Assembly: GCA_903823865.1 (NCBI GenBank)
Contig: CAIJUJ010000027.1
Span: 12,065 to 76,064 of the forward strand
Source of the DNA: an uncultured bacterium
Lineage (GTDB): Bacteria; Patescibacteriota; Minisyncoccia; Phycocordibacterales; GWA1-40-21
Direction of reading: 5' to 3'
DNA: 64,000 nt
Position 1 is the first letter of the stretch; each line of letters begins with the position of its first letter. Shown piece by piece: positions 41,026-50,768 of this stretch. The translations under genes and the position numbers were made by a program. The notes below the pieces were generated by a model. That model did not search any database. It was not told the origin of the DNA and was given only the letters and a program-made list of their open reading frames with translations.

Positions 41026-41096
41026 TGGACTTAGGCAGAATCGAACTGCCGTCTCGTCAATGCGAATGACTCGTACTACCACTGTACTATAAGCCC
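41026..41096 (-). tRNA. tRNA-Ala(CGC)
   Basis: GGGCTTA/TAAGTCC acceptor stem with G3:U70; anticodon loop TTCGCAT; TTCGATT T-loop. Confidence 0.85.
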
Positions 41097-41120
41097 AAAA
41101 TTATAAAAATGTTTTGAAAT

Positions 41121-41615
41121 CTATACCTCAGCCTTAAGACCAAGATTGTTCTCTAAATAATTAATCGATATCTTCTTTCCTTTAATATTTTTTTCAAACA
41201 TTTCTTTATTTGTAAAATAAACCTTTACACCATTCTCAACCATTGCCTTTAGTGCAGAATCAAAATGTATTTTATTTAATGGTTTTACTTTTTGTTTTGT
41301 TGCCCACTCTCTACTCCATTGCTCGCGGTCGTTTGTAAAATTAGAATCTGGCAATACATAAACAGTACCGCCTTTGTCGAGCTCTCTAAACTTATCTTTA
41401 TCAGAAATCACAAAATAATATATCCCGTCTTCATAACCCTTGCGTGATTCATTATCAAACATTCTTACCAAAAAAAGAGTTGCTCCAGCAATATCCGGAC
41501 TTGCAAATAATAATTCACCCTCTTCTTTTTTTCTATAACTTTTTTGTTTTGGCTCTAGTTCAATAATGTCCTTATTTGCTGAGCCATGATAAAAATTTTC
41601 TGGTTTTTTTTCCAT
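41121..41615 (-). CDS. Hypothetical protein with ADP-ribosyltransferase-like motifs
   Basis: FYHGS ... LFASP ... GTVY ... EW, resembling the Arr/ART fold. Confidence 0.45.
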   Translation of the reverse strand: MEKKPENFYHGSANKDIIELEPKQKSYRKKEEGELLFASPDIAGATLFLVRMFDNESRKGYEDGIYYFVISDKDKFRELDKGGTVYVLPDSNFTNDREQWSREWATKQKVKPLNKIHFDSALKAMVENGVKVYFTNKEMFEKNIKGKKISINYLENNLGLKAEV

Positions 41616-41683
41616 ATAAAAATTATAACACTATATTAAATAGAGGCCAAATATCATCATAAAACCAGATATTTTTTACGTTT

Positions 41684-41813
41684 GTGGACCGCACCGGACA
41701 TCTCCACCTACCGTGGCGGGTATCTTTCCATCTCACTTTGTTCGATACGAAAAGATCTTTCAATCCCGGGACAAAAGCAAAGCAGTTTGCTTTTTCGTCC
41801 CACTACTCCGTAG
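41684..41813 (-). mobile_element. ~130-bp structured insert at the tRNA-Ala(GGC) 3' end with att-like direct repeat
   Basis: GTGGACCGCACCGG at 41684-41697 and 41813-41826; internal hairpins. Confidence 0.7.
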
Positions 41814-41886
41814 TGGACCGCACCGGGATCGAACCGGTCGCCTCATCCATGCCATGGATGCGCTCTACCAAATGAGCTAGCGGCCC
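41814..41886 (-). tRNA. tRNA-Ala(GGC)
   Basis: GGGCCGC/GCGGTCC with G3:U70; CATCC-ATGGCAT-GGATG anticodon arm. Confidence 0.92.
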
Positions 41887-41933
41887 TTTAAATTTGACCA
41901 AAAAAGTATATTATAAAAGATGTAAAAAATAAA

Positions 41934-42007
41934 GGACGATTAGCTCAGTTGGTTAGAGCATACGATTCACATTCGTAAGGTCACTGGTTCGAATCCAGTA
42001 TCGTCCA
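41934..42007 (+). tRNA. tRNA-Val(CAC)
   Basis: GGACGAT/ATCGTCC; TACGA-TTCACAT-TCGTA; GGTTCGAATCC. Confidence 0.92.
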
Positions 42008-42165
42008 CAAAAGCAGAAAATCACGCGCAGGCGTGATATTTCTGTCTTTTGTGGAAGGCACAGGTATAATTTGTTAACAAACAAATTACCGAGCCGGGGT
42101 CGCGAGTACTTACGTAGAATTCGAGCGCAGTGAAAAAATTATACTTAGTAACTCGTGATACACAA
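42004..42165 (+). repeat. Structured tRNA-downstream element, copy 1
   Basis: Three stems; shares GAGYCGGGGTCGCGA and TCGTGATACACAA with 43992-44183. Confidence 0.65.
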
Positions 42166-42166
42166 T

Positions 42167-42892
42167 TTAAAACCCTGCGATTCTAGTAACAATAAAAATT
42201 AAAATTATTCCTAAAATAGTTGCAATTGTTGTCCATGCTTTTGGATGGCCATGATGACTCTCTGGCAATAAATCGCTTGCTCCAATATAAATAAAAAATC
42301 CACAAAATACTGAAACAATTATTGGTAAAATATTTATTGGAATAGTAACAAAAATAGAAGCTATTATTCCAACTACTGGAGCAAGTGCATCTATAAAAAG
42401 CCATTTTTTTGCAACTTTATTGTCACCCCCTGCACGGACAATCATATTCACAGTATTTATTCCGTCAGAAAAAGCGTGAATAAATATCGCGATTGCTAAA
42501 GCAATACCAATTGCTGGAGAAACTTGAAAAGAAAGTCCGACAATAATTCCATCAAACAAACTATGAAGCGATATACTCCCCGCTCCCAAACTTCCATTAT
42601 GTTTATGATTTTCGCATTCTTCTTCATGATTTGAATGTGGTATTAAAAATCTATCCAATATAATATAAGCGACAAAACCCAAAACTATCCAAAGTGCAAT
42701 CGTACTTGGTTGATAAAAAATGTTTCCCATTTTATACGCTTCGGGTAATAAATCAAAAAAGGCTACGCCTATGACAGAGCCAGCAGAAAAACCTAAAATT
42801 AGGTGAAGTTTGTCTTTAAACCTCAGAGCAAAAGTTCCGCCAAAAATTACAGAAAGAAAAATGGCTGTGGCTGAGATAATTAAAAAAGTCAT
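42167..42892 (-). CDS. ZIP family metal transporter
   Basis: GFSAG...DLLPEA, LHSLFDG, HAFSDG, SDLLPESH. Confidence 0.9.
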   Translation of the reverse strand: MTFLIISATAIFLSVIFGGTFALRFKDKLHLILGFSAGSVIGVAFFDLLPEAYKMGNIFYQPSTIALWIVLGFVAYIILDRFLIPHSNHEEECENHKHNGSLGAGSISLHSLFDGIIVGLSFQVSPAIGIALAIAIFIHAFSDGINTVNMIVRAGGDNKVAKKWLFIDALAPVVGIIASIFVTIPINILPIIVSVFCGFFIYIGASDLLPESHHGHPKAWTTIATILGIILIFIVTRIAGF

Positions 42893-42897
42893 AATAA

Positions 42898-43830
42898 TTA
42901 AAGTATCTGCGTTGATTCAATATCCTTTAAATGTTTTTTTGATTTAAACCAGAAATATGCAACGGAACCGAATGTTATAACTGGAGAAAGCCAGCTTGGG
43001 ATATTAAACCCGAAACTATCCGCAAGCATAATCATACCAAGAAATAATATTGAATACATTGCCCCGTTTTTTAGAAAAATATATTTTTTTATTCTCTCAA
43101 TATTACCGACGGTCAACTGTCTTACAACAAGAGCGCCCAGACCATTTCCTATTAAAATTAATGGAACTGAAAGCGTAAACGCAAATGCTCCAAGTACTCC
43201 GTCTATAGAAAAGGTTGCATCAATAACTTCTAGATATAAAATTTTGCTGATATCTGAAAGACCTTCTTTCATTAATTCTTTTTCTCCCTTTTCTGCATTT
43301 TGTTTAAAACCGTGTGTAATAAAAAATGCTGTTGAACCAATAACGGCACCAAAAGCCATCATTGGATTTATTTTCATTGCAAAATATACTGTGACACACA
43401 AAATAATTGAAACCACAGCATAAAACCAGACGCCTAACTCCATAAAAAATTTTTCGTGCTTCAAACCAAAATTTTTAGCTTCCAAAAATAGCCAATGAAA
43501 AAATAGAAAAATTAAAAACATTCCACCCCCAGCAAGAAGAAGTGGCGCACTTTTTTCAATTGAATCTTTTACGCCTGGATTACTGCTGAACGTCGCTGTG
43601 AGCGAACCAATAAACCCAAGCGATGGATTTGTCACCCAAACAATTATCCAAGGAAGTAATCCTCTAACAACAAATACTGCGAAAAGTAAACCCCAAAATA
43701 AAAACCACCTTCGCCCTTTTGGTTTCATTGTTGAAAGCACCTCTGCATTAATAATAGCGTTATCTATACTTGAAATAACTTCAAATAAACATAAACCACC
43801 AATAGTTATTATTATTGTAAAAATATTCAT
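42898..43830 (-). CDS. DUF475 / TerC-like membrane protein
   Basis: SSIDNAIINA; LEVIDATFSIDGVLGAFA. Confidence 0.85.
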   Translation of the reverse strand: MNIFTIIITIGGLCLFEVISSIDNAIINAEVLSTMKPKGRRWFLFWGLLFAVFVVRGLLPWIIVWVTNPSLGFIGSLTATFSSNPGVKDSIEKSAPLLLAGGGMFLIFLFFHWLFLEAKNFGLKHEKFFMELGVWFYAVVSIILCVTVYFAMKINPMMAFGAVIGSTAFFITHGFKQNAEKGEKELMKEGLSDISKILYLEVIDATFSIDGVLGAFAFTLSVPLILIGNGLGALVVRQLTVGNIERIKKYIFLKNGAMYSILFLGMIMLADSFGFNIPSWLSPVITFGSVAYFWFKSKKHLKDIESTQIL

Positions 43831-43921
43831 AACAAAATAATATCATAACTAATAAAAAAATACATTCCCACATGGATAATACTTGGAAAAATATAATTTT
43901 TGTGTTAATCTCTTAGCTACT

Positions 43922-43994
43922 GGGCCTGTAGCTCATCTGGTAGAGCGCCTCATTTGCAATGAGGAGGCAAGCGGTCCGAGTCCGCTCAGGTCCA
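43922..43994 (+). tRNA. tRNA-Ala(TGC)
   Basis: GGGCCTG/CAGGTCC with G3:U70; CCTCA-TTTGCAA-TGAGG; atypical T-loop TCCGAGT. Confidence 0.88.
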
Positions 43995-44183
43995 CAGTGA
44001 TTAAAAACCGCATCTGCATGCGGTTTTTTATACACTGTGAAAGACGCAGCTATATTTTTGTTTTACGTAGCAAAGGCAAAAATAGCGAGTCGGGGTCGCG
44101 AAAAATTTCCGTCAGGAAATTTATTTGTGACCACAATAAATAGAAATTCCTTATTAAAATATTTAGTGATTCGTGATACACAA
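43992..44183 (+). repeat. Structured tRNA-downstream element, copy 2 (plus remnant of another end)
   Basis: Same architecture as 42004-42165 with compensatory base changes. Confidence 0.65.
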
Positions 44184-44229
44184 TTTTTTGTCTAAAATAG
44201 ATGTCACCATAGGCTGATAGTTCACTTTC

Positions 44230-45234
44230 TCAATCCATATAATCAAAAGAAGTAATTGGTTTCTGCCCCAAAGCTAAAGTAATTACATGATCTAAAAAGT
44301 TTGACAGTGAACATCCAATAGCCTCTAAAGATTTTGGGAGTAAAGACTCTTTTGTTAGACCAGGTAAAGTGTTAACCTCAAGAATATAAACTCCCCTCTT
44401 TAGACTAACAATAAAATCTGACCTTGAATAATGCCTTAAACCTAAAATTTTATGAGCTTTCACGGCCATATCTTGTAGAGATTTTTTTTCTTGCTCTGAA
44501 AAATTTCCTGGACAAGTTTCACTCGCTTTTCCAGAATATTTTGCTTCATATCCAAAAAATTCAAACTCTTTTAGTTTGATAACTTCAATTGGTAAAAGCG
44601 GATAAATTGCTTCATTTCTAAAATTTTCTGCAACTCCACATGTTGCTTCTTTTCCTTGTATAAATTCTTCAACTATAACAACATCAGAAAACTTTAACGC
44701 TTTTTCAATAGCTGGCAAAATGTCTTTTATAACTTTTACGACAGATACACCGATAGATGAACCACTTCCGCCTGGTTTTACTATTGCTGGAATTGGGAAT
44801 GTTTTAAAAATAGTATGATCAATATTTGTTAGATTATCACCTTTTCTTACAACTTTATATATTGGAGTTTTTAAACCATTTTTAGCAAAAATTTCTTTAG
44901 ACAAAACTTTATTCATACCCAAAGCTGAAGCTAGGGCCTGAGAACCTGTATATTTTACTCCAAAATGATTAAAAATTTGCTGAACTTTGCCATCCTCTCC
45001 ATATTCTCCGTGCATCGCATTAAAAACAACATCAACATTTTGAAAGAGTTTTGCAGCAGTAATTTTTACACCATCAAGAAACCAATCTTTATTTTTTGCA
45101 ACAAAAACATCAACAGGAATGTATTTGTCTGAAAGATTATCTATGACATTTTTTCCAGACTTTAGTGAAATCTCATGCTCATCTCCAGGACCACCACGAA
45201 GTACTGCTACTTTTATTCTACTCATATTGGACAA
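44230..45234 (-). CDS. ddl: D-alanine--D-alanine ligase
   Basis: GG...EHEISLKSG, HGEYGEDG, GSSIGV, LEVNTLPG. Confidence 0.95.
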   Translation of the reverse strand: MSNMSRIKVAVLRGGPGDEHEISLKSGKNVIDNLSDKYIPVDVFVAKNKDWFLDGVKITAAKLFQNVDVVFNAMHGEYGEDGKVQQIFNHFGVKYTGSQALASALGMNKVLSKEIFAKNGLKTPIYKVVRKGDNLTNIDHTIFKTFPIPAIVKPGGSGSSIGVSVVKVIKDILPAIEKALKFSDVVIVEEFIQGKEATCGVAENFRNEAIYPLLPIEVIKLKEFEFFGYEAKYSGKASETCPGNFSEQEKKSLQDMAVKAHKILGLRHYSRSDFIVSLKRGVYILEVNTLPGLTKESLLPKSLEAIGCSLSNFLDHVITLALGQKPITSFDYMD

Positions 45235-45268
45235 TTATAACACCTAGAAACAAATAATAAAAACGTAA

Positions 45269-46111
45269 TTATTTTCTGTTAATTATTTTTTTGTATGATT
45301 CGAAGTCAATTTTAGGTAAATTACTATCAGTTTTACATATATCTTCATATTTCTCGATAATTGTAAAAAAATCAAGATTTGCCAAAGCATTCTTAACAAT
45401 ATCTATATTTTGATGAGAAATAATGGCGTTTATCATTTCATAACCAACAATATAAAAAAAACCCATAGTTTCAAAACCTTCTTTTTTTGCATCTTCTATT
45501 TCTTTTTGATTTGTAAAATTAAGAAATTTATTAAATTTATCAAATGATAGTCTTACACCACGATCTAAGCTTAATGGTTCCCTATACAATTTCTCTAAAC
45601 TTTGATTCGATACTTTTACTGCATAGCCTTCATTTAGTGACTTTAATAAAATATCTGCTTTATTATTATCTATTATATTGTAATTAGCTTTTGATACATC
45701 ACTAATTTTTTGACGATTAAACCAAATATGAAAAACCTCGTGGGTTATACCCTCAATTAAAGTTTCCTCGGGAAATAAATTCCTTAATAGACGGCCCAAA
45801 TCTACTATAATTTCATCATTATTGATGGCCCTAAAATCTGATTTCCTATCTAGAGTAAAAATAACCTTAAACTCTTTAAAATTATAATCTGGTATTAGTG
45901 TAGATAGTCTATTTTGAATTTCTTTTTTAATTCCCTCATAATCCCCAGAAATTTTTTCAATTAGCCCAACAACTTGTTCAGTTTTTAAATTCAAATCTTG
46001 TTTGACTAGTAAATTAGGAATTTCAGTTTCATTAATATATTTAAAAAACATTTTGTCTAAGTTGACTTTTGATTTTTCAAATATTTGTGCTATTTCTCGA
46101 TAATTTTCCAT
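45269..46111 (-). CDS. Putative Zn-dependent metalloprotease (gluzincin-like)
   Basis: HEVFH ... NEGYA ... YIVGY. Confidence 0.6.
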   Translation of the reverse strand: MENYREIAQIFEKSKVNLDKMFFKYINETEIPNLLVKQDLNLKTEQVVGLIEKISGDYEGIKKEIQNRLSTLIPDYNFKEFKVIFTLDRKSDFRAINNDEIIVDLGRLLRNLFPEETLIEGITHEVFHIWFNRQKISDVSKANYNIIDNNKADILLKSLNEGYAVKVSNQSLEKLYREPLSLDRGVRLSFDKFNKFLNFTNQKEIEDAKKEGFETMGFFYIVGYEMINAIISHQNIDIVKNALANLDFFTIIEKYEDICKTDSNLPKIDFESYKKIINRK

Positions 46112-46130
46112 AACAAAATTATATCACATA

Positions 46131-47396
46131 TTATATTGTAAAATTTCCATCTCTTAATTTTTTATGATATTTAATAGCAAATCTGTGTGCCTCATTATTT
46201 GCAAGCAAAATATCATTTTTGTATTTATCAATTATGTTTCCTATACCTTGAATAATTTTTGGTCTATGTTTTTCATCCTTTGTAACTGCGATGATGGCAA
46301 TTTTTAGACATTTTTCTTTTATTATTTTTTCAGCAATATTTTTCTGCGCAACTGAACCGTCTACAACAATAATCTCTGGGAACTTCCATTCTGCGTGGTT
46401 GAGTCTTCTTGTTAATATCTCTGCAAGTCCTGCAGTATCATTCCGAACGCTATTATTTATTTTAAATTTTCTATATTCGTTTTTATTTGGTATACCATTT
46501 TCAACTACAGTCATCACGCCAACAGTATTTGTTCCATTAATATGTGCTACATCATATGCTTCAATTCTAAAAATATTTGCTAATTGCTGTTCATTTTTTT
46601 CTGATTTTAACAGAGCAATGTCTTGAATGTGATTTAATGCGAAGATTGTATGTTTAATTTGTTCAGCTTTTTCAAATTCTTGCTTTTTTATAACAACCTT
46701 CATTTCTTTCTCTAAACTCTTCAAAATACTGGTCTTTTTACCTTCAAAAAATAGTTTGATATTTCTGATGTTTTTTGCATAATCTTTTTTTGCTTCTATA
46801 CCAGAAATTTCTGGTGCTAAACCAATCTCTTTGTAAAATTTATAGCCAGTATTTTCTCTTGAATATTGGTCAAGAAATGGAAATATTTTGCGAACGATTT
46901 TTAGCGCTTCTTTTAGCTGGCCCCCATTTGTAAACGGTCCATATATATTTGATATTCTCAAATTCTTAAGAATTTGAGAATATGATTCTTTCTGTAAATT
47001 TTTTCCGCGTTCTATCAAAATTCTTGGGAACTCTTCTTTCGTAATAACAACATAATTATAACTTCTATCGTCTTTTTCTTTTGTATTATATTTTGGCTGA
47101 TGTTTTTTTATTAAATTTGATTCAAGTATCAAAGCTTCGAGAACCGAGTCGGTTTTAATAAAATCAATATTATCAGCCTGAAATACCATATCAACAATAA
47201 GCGGGCCACGAGTAGCAATTAAATCATTTGAAAAATAACTTTTTACTCTATCTTTTAATAAAGTTGCTTTTCCTATATACATAATACCCTTACCTTTTTT
47301 AAATAAGTATACTCCAGGTAAATCTGGTAATTTCGTTTTTTTCAGGTATTGACTATCCATATTTATTATGATACCATAAAAATTAGAGAAATCCAA
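46131..47396 (-). CDS. uvrC: Excinuclease ABC subunit C (short, no C-terminal HhH)
   Basis: GIY-YIG (PGVYLF..YIGKA), RIEAYDVAH, IVVDG, EAHRFAI; likely start 47360. Confidence 0.88.
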   Translation of the reverse strand: MDFSNFYGIIINMDSQYLKKTKLPDLPGVYLFKKGKGIMYIGKATLLKDRVKSYFSNDLIATRGPLIVDMVFQADNIDFIKTDSVLEALILESNLIKKHQPKYNTKEKDDRSYNYVVITKEEFPRILIERGKNLQKESYSQILKNLRISNIYGPFTNGGQLKEALKIVRKIFPFLDQYSRENTGYKFYKEIGLAPEISGIEAKKDYAKNIRNIKLFFEGKKTSILKSLEKEMKVVIKKQEFEKAEQIKHTIFALNHIQDIALLKSEKNEQQLANIFRIEAYDVAHINGTNTVGVMTVVENGIPNKNEYRKFKINNSVRNDTAGLAEILTRRLNHAEWKFPEIIVVDGSVAQKNIAEKIIKEKCLKIAIIAVTKDEKHRPKIIQGIGNIIDKYKNDILLANNEAHRFAIKYHKKLRDGNFTI

Positions 47397-47431
47397 TTAA
47401 TTTTCAAGTATAAAGCACTGGGAGGTGCAAA

Positions 47432-47701
47432 ATGAACTTATTAAAAAAACATGTTTCACCAATCTTCCCTTTTATAAAAGGGGAAGATGATTGTAAGAGT
47501 TTTTTGTGTAATGGGAAACTTTGCGACAAAGAATCCATCAAACTTGACAGGATGACTTCGAAAGGTACGCCTTTGAGTCATATATTTGAAACTCAAATCG
47601 CCATGCCTTGCAACAAATGCGGGAGGTTACACTGGTGGGAGGATGGGGAACAAGCGGTAGACGGGATGAACGGCAAAAAATTGTTTCGCAAAGAGCGGTA
47701 A
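47432..47701 (+). CDS. Small Cys-rich hypothetical protein
   Basis: GGGAGGT SD before ATG; CNKCG motif. Confidence 0.55.
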   Translation: MNLLKKHVSPIFPFIKGEDDCKSFLCNGKLCDKESIKLDRMTSKGTPLSHIFETQIAMPCNKCGRLHWWEDGEQAVDGMNGKKLFRKER

Positions 47702-47757
47702 ATTAATATGGAGATAAAATATAACCCCCCCCCGAACCAAAAGTTCGGGGGTAGTTT

Positions 47758-47823
47758 TTATTTACTCTTCTTTAAAGCTCTTTTTAAATATTTTCCTGTA
47801 TAAGATTTTTCGTTCATGGCTAC
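47758..47823 (-). pseudogene. Orphan alternative uvrA 3' end ([21 protein letters not shown])
   Basis: 14 consecutive residues identical to the UvrA C-terminus. Confidence 0.88.
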
Positions 47824-47865
47824 CCCAGTAGTAGAGCCTCGAACAAGGCTCGGCTCACTACGGGG
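47823..47865. repeat. Palindromic element, CCCAGTA...CTACGGG family
   Basis: CCCCAGTAGTAGAGCC-tcgaacaa-GGCTCGGCTCACTACGGGG. Confidence 0.8.
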
Positions 47866-47875
47866 CGAGAAGTGG

Positions 47876-50485
47876 TTAATCCCTACCTGATTTATTCAAA
47901 GCGCGCTTTAAGTATTTCCCTGTGTATGACTTTTCATTTCTAGATACATCTTCAGGTGTTCCTTTCGCTATGACTTCCCCACCTTTATCTCCTCCTTCTG
48001 GGCCAATGTCTATTACATAATCAGAACTTTTTATTAAATCCATATTATGTTCAATAACAATAACGGTATTTCCAAGACCAACGAGTTTTTGTAAAATTTC
48101 TATTAGTTTTTTTACATCTTCATAGTGAAGTCCGATTGTTGGCTCATCAAGAAAATAAATAGTTTTGTGAAGTCCTGGTCTATAAAGTTCTGAAGCGATT
48201 TTTACTCTTTGTGCTTCTCCACCGGAAAGTGTTGTAGCAGATTGCCCAAGTTTTAAATATGAAAGTCCAACATCATTGAGACATTTTATTCTGTCATAAA
48301 CCGCAGGCAAATCAACAAAGAAATTCATCGCTTCTTCCACCGTCATTTCAAGTATTTGGTGAATATTTTTTCCTTTGTATTTTACTTCCAAAGTTTCCTT
48401 GGTAAATCTTTTTCCATTACAAACATCGCAAGGTACATAAATTGTAGGTAAAAAATGCATTTCAACTTGTATGGTTCCATTTCCTTCGCAGTTTTCGCAT
48501 CTTCCACCTTTTACGTTAAATGAAAATCTATTTGCCGCCCAACCTCTTTCTTTTGCCAAAGTTGTAAGCGCAAACATATCACGAACAAAAGACCACGCAC
48601 CTGTGTAAGTGGCGGGATTTGAACGAGGTGTTCTACCAATTGGAGATTGATCTATCATAATGGTTCTGCCAACATATTCGGAACCAGAAAATGAAGCGCA
48701 ATTGTGCGTTTCGTTTGAGCGAAGTTTTCTTTCAAGACGTGCCTGCAAATTTTTATACAAAATTTCGTAAACAAAAGATGATTTGCCAGAACCAGAAACT
48801 CCAGTGATTGTGACAAGTTTACCAAGTGGAACATCAACACTCATATTTTTTATGTTGAATATTTTTCCGCCTCTAATTTTTAATTTCCCTTTATCTTGAT
48901 CTCGTCTTTTTTTAGGAATATCTACTTTTAAATCTCCACGAAGATAATCAAGTGTGATAGAACCCGACTCATTTTTCTTTGCGGTAAGAAGCTCATCTAA
49001 ATATCCGGAAACTACAACTTCTCCTCCGTGAACCCCAGCTCCCGGTCCAATATCAACAATATAATCTGACGCATACATTGTGTCTTCATCGTGCTCTACC
49101 ACCAAAATAGTATTTCCTAAATCTCTAAGATGTATAAGTGTTTTTATGAGTTTATCATTGTCTCGTGGATGGAGTCCAATTGTTGGTTCATCAAGAACAT
49201 AAAGTGCACCCACAAGACCTGAGCCAAGCTGTGATGCAAGACGAATTCTTTGTGCTTCTCCCCCCGAAAGAGTATTTGCGCGTCTATCAAGTGAAAGATA
49301 TTCAATTCCAACATTGCTCATAAATTGTAGCCGTGAATCAATTTCTTTTATAATTAATTTTGAAATTTCTATTTCGCTTTCGGTAAGTTTTAAGCTTTCA
49401 AGAAATTCTTTTGATTCAGTAATTGTTTTTGCAGTATATTCAACGATATTTATTCCGCCAATAAGCACATGGAGTGCTTCTTCTCTCAATCTTTTTCCAA
49501 GACACACTTCGCATGGTTCATCGGAAAAGAAATCTTTTGTACCAAGACCGTGACATGTTTCGCACGCTCCATAAGGTGAATTAAAAGAAAATAATCTTGG
49601 TTCGATTTCTGGATATGAATATCCATCATAAGGACACATAAATTTTACGGAAATCATTTTTATTTCCACAGGAGTTTCTATTTTCAATAGCCCTTTTGAT
49701 TCTTCAATGGCTTTTTCTACCGCATCAGAAAGTCGCTCCTTTATACCAGATTTTTTCTCCTTAAATTCGCTAATATAAAATTCATCAACAAGCACATCAA
49801 TATCGTGCTTTTTATTTTTTGAAAGTATTATTTGATTTCTCAACTTTTTTAATTCTCCATCTATTTTTACTTGCTCATATCCTTTTTCTAGCAAATCATA
49901 AAGCAACTGATAATATTCTCCTTTTCTGCCTACAACCACAGGAGAGAAAATTTTAATTTTGTCTGAACTAACTTCCACACCTAAAATTTCCTTTGATTTT
50001 TGTGAAGATTTTAAATGAGTGACTGTATGAATAATTGTTTCTAAAATTTCTTCTTTTGAAAGTTTTTTGATTTCTCTTCCACAAGTCAAACAATGTGGTC
50101 GTCCAATTCTCGCATATAAAATTCTAAGATAATCATAAATTTCTGTTATGGTTGCAACAGTTGAACGAGGATTATTTGAACGTGATTTTTGATCAATTGC
50201 AATCGCTGGAGAAAGCCCGCTGATTTCATCAACGTCCGGTTTCTGCATTTGGTGCAAAAATTGTCTTGCATATGAAGAAAGAGATTCAATATATCTTCTT
50301 TGACCTTCAGCAAAAATAGTATCAAATGCAAAAGACGACTTCCCGCTTCCGGAAATTCCTGTAACGGCAATCATTTTATTTCGTGGCATCTCAACATTAA
50401 TATTCTTCAAATTGTGAGTTCTAGCCCCTTTTACAATAATTTTGCCTGCCCCGTTTGAATTTTCACTAAATTTTGTTTGTGTCAT
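47876..50485 (-). CDS. uvrA: Excinuclease ABC subunit A
   Basis: [10 protein letters not shown], two Walker A motifs ([18 protein letters not shown]), LSGGEAQR twice; start placed at ATG 50485. Confidence 0.96.
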   Translation of the reverse strand: MTQTKFSENSNGAGKIIVKGARTHNLKNINVEMPRNKMIAVTGISGSGKSSFAFDTIFAEGQRRYIESLSSYARQFLHQMQKPDVDEISGLSPAIAIDQKSRSNNPRSTVATITEIYDYLRILYARIGRPHCLTCGREIKKLSKEEILETIIHTVTHLKSSQKSKEILGVEVSSDKIKIFSPVVVGRKGEYYQLLYDLLEKGYEQVKIDGELKKLRNQIILSKNKKHDIDVLVDEFYISEFKEKKSGIKERLSDAVEKAIEESKGLLKIETPVEIKMISVKFMCPYDGYSYPEIEPRLFSFNSPYGACETCHGLGTKDFFSDEPCEVCLGKRLREEALHVLIGGINIVEYTAKTITESKEFLESLKLTESEIEISKLIIKEIDSRLQFMSNVGIEYLSLDRRANTLSGGEAQRIRLASQLGSGLVGALYVLDEPTIGLHPRDNDKLIKTLIHLRDLGNTILVVEHDEDTMYASDYIVDIGPGAGVHGGEVVVSGYLDELLTAKKNESGSITLDYLRGDLKVDIPKKRRDQDKGKLKIRGGKIFNIKNMSVDVPLGKLVTITGVSGSGKSSFVYEILYKNLQARLERKLRSNETHNCASFSGSEYVGRTIMIDQSPIGRTPRSNPATYTGAWSFVRDMFALTTLAKERGWAANRFSFNVKGGRCENCEGNGTIQVEMHFLPTIYVPCDVCNGKRFTKETLEVKYKGKNIHQILEMTVEEAMNFFVDLPAVYDRIKCLNDVGLSYLKLGQSATTLSGGEAQRVKIASELYRPGLHKTIYFLDEPTIGLHYEDVKKLIEILQKLVGLGNTVIVIEHNMDLIKSSDYVIDIGPEGGDKGGEVIAKGTPEDVSRNEKSYTGKYLKRALNKSGRD

Positions 50486-50532
50486 AAAATTAATATTTAT
50501 TAAATACTTATTTATTTTAAAATTAAGATTAT

Positions 50533-50594
50533 CCCTGAAAATTCTTTTCGGGGCCTTCCTTATGTGATTCTGCACTATAATCAGTTTTGGTCAT
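50533..50594 (-). pseudogene. Orphan alternative uvrA 5' end (MTKTDYSAESHKEG) followed by hairpin CCCCGAAAAGAATTTTCAGGG
   Basis: Colinear with [14 protein letters not shown], 6/14 identical without gaps. Confidence 0.55.
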
Positions 50595-50768
50595 TTTATT
50601 TATTAACCCGAGAAAATTTTGATTGACGCATTAAACTTTTTGTTTAATGCCGTAAAATCTTTGATTTTACATCAATCAAAACTTTTACGGGTAAACATAA
50701 ATTGCCCCCTGGTTCATCCATAGGGGTATATATAGAGTATATTACTCTTTATGTGTAGCTTTGGCAAA

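Noticed and set aside
41684-44143. ORFs 41684-41875 and 43883-44143
   Set aside because: They overlap tRNA genes and their downstream elements.
50486-50575. N-terminal extension of UvrA in the ORF track
   Set aside because: It runs through the hairpin and an AT-rich spacer; ATG 50485 is the more plausible start.
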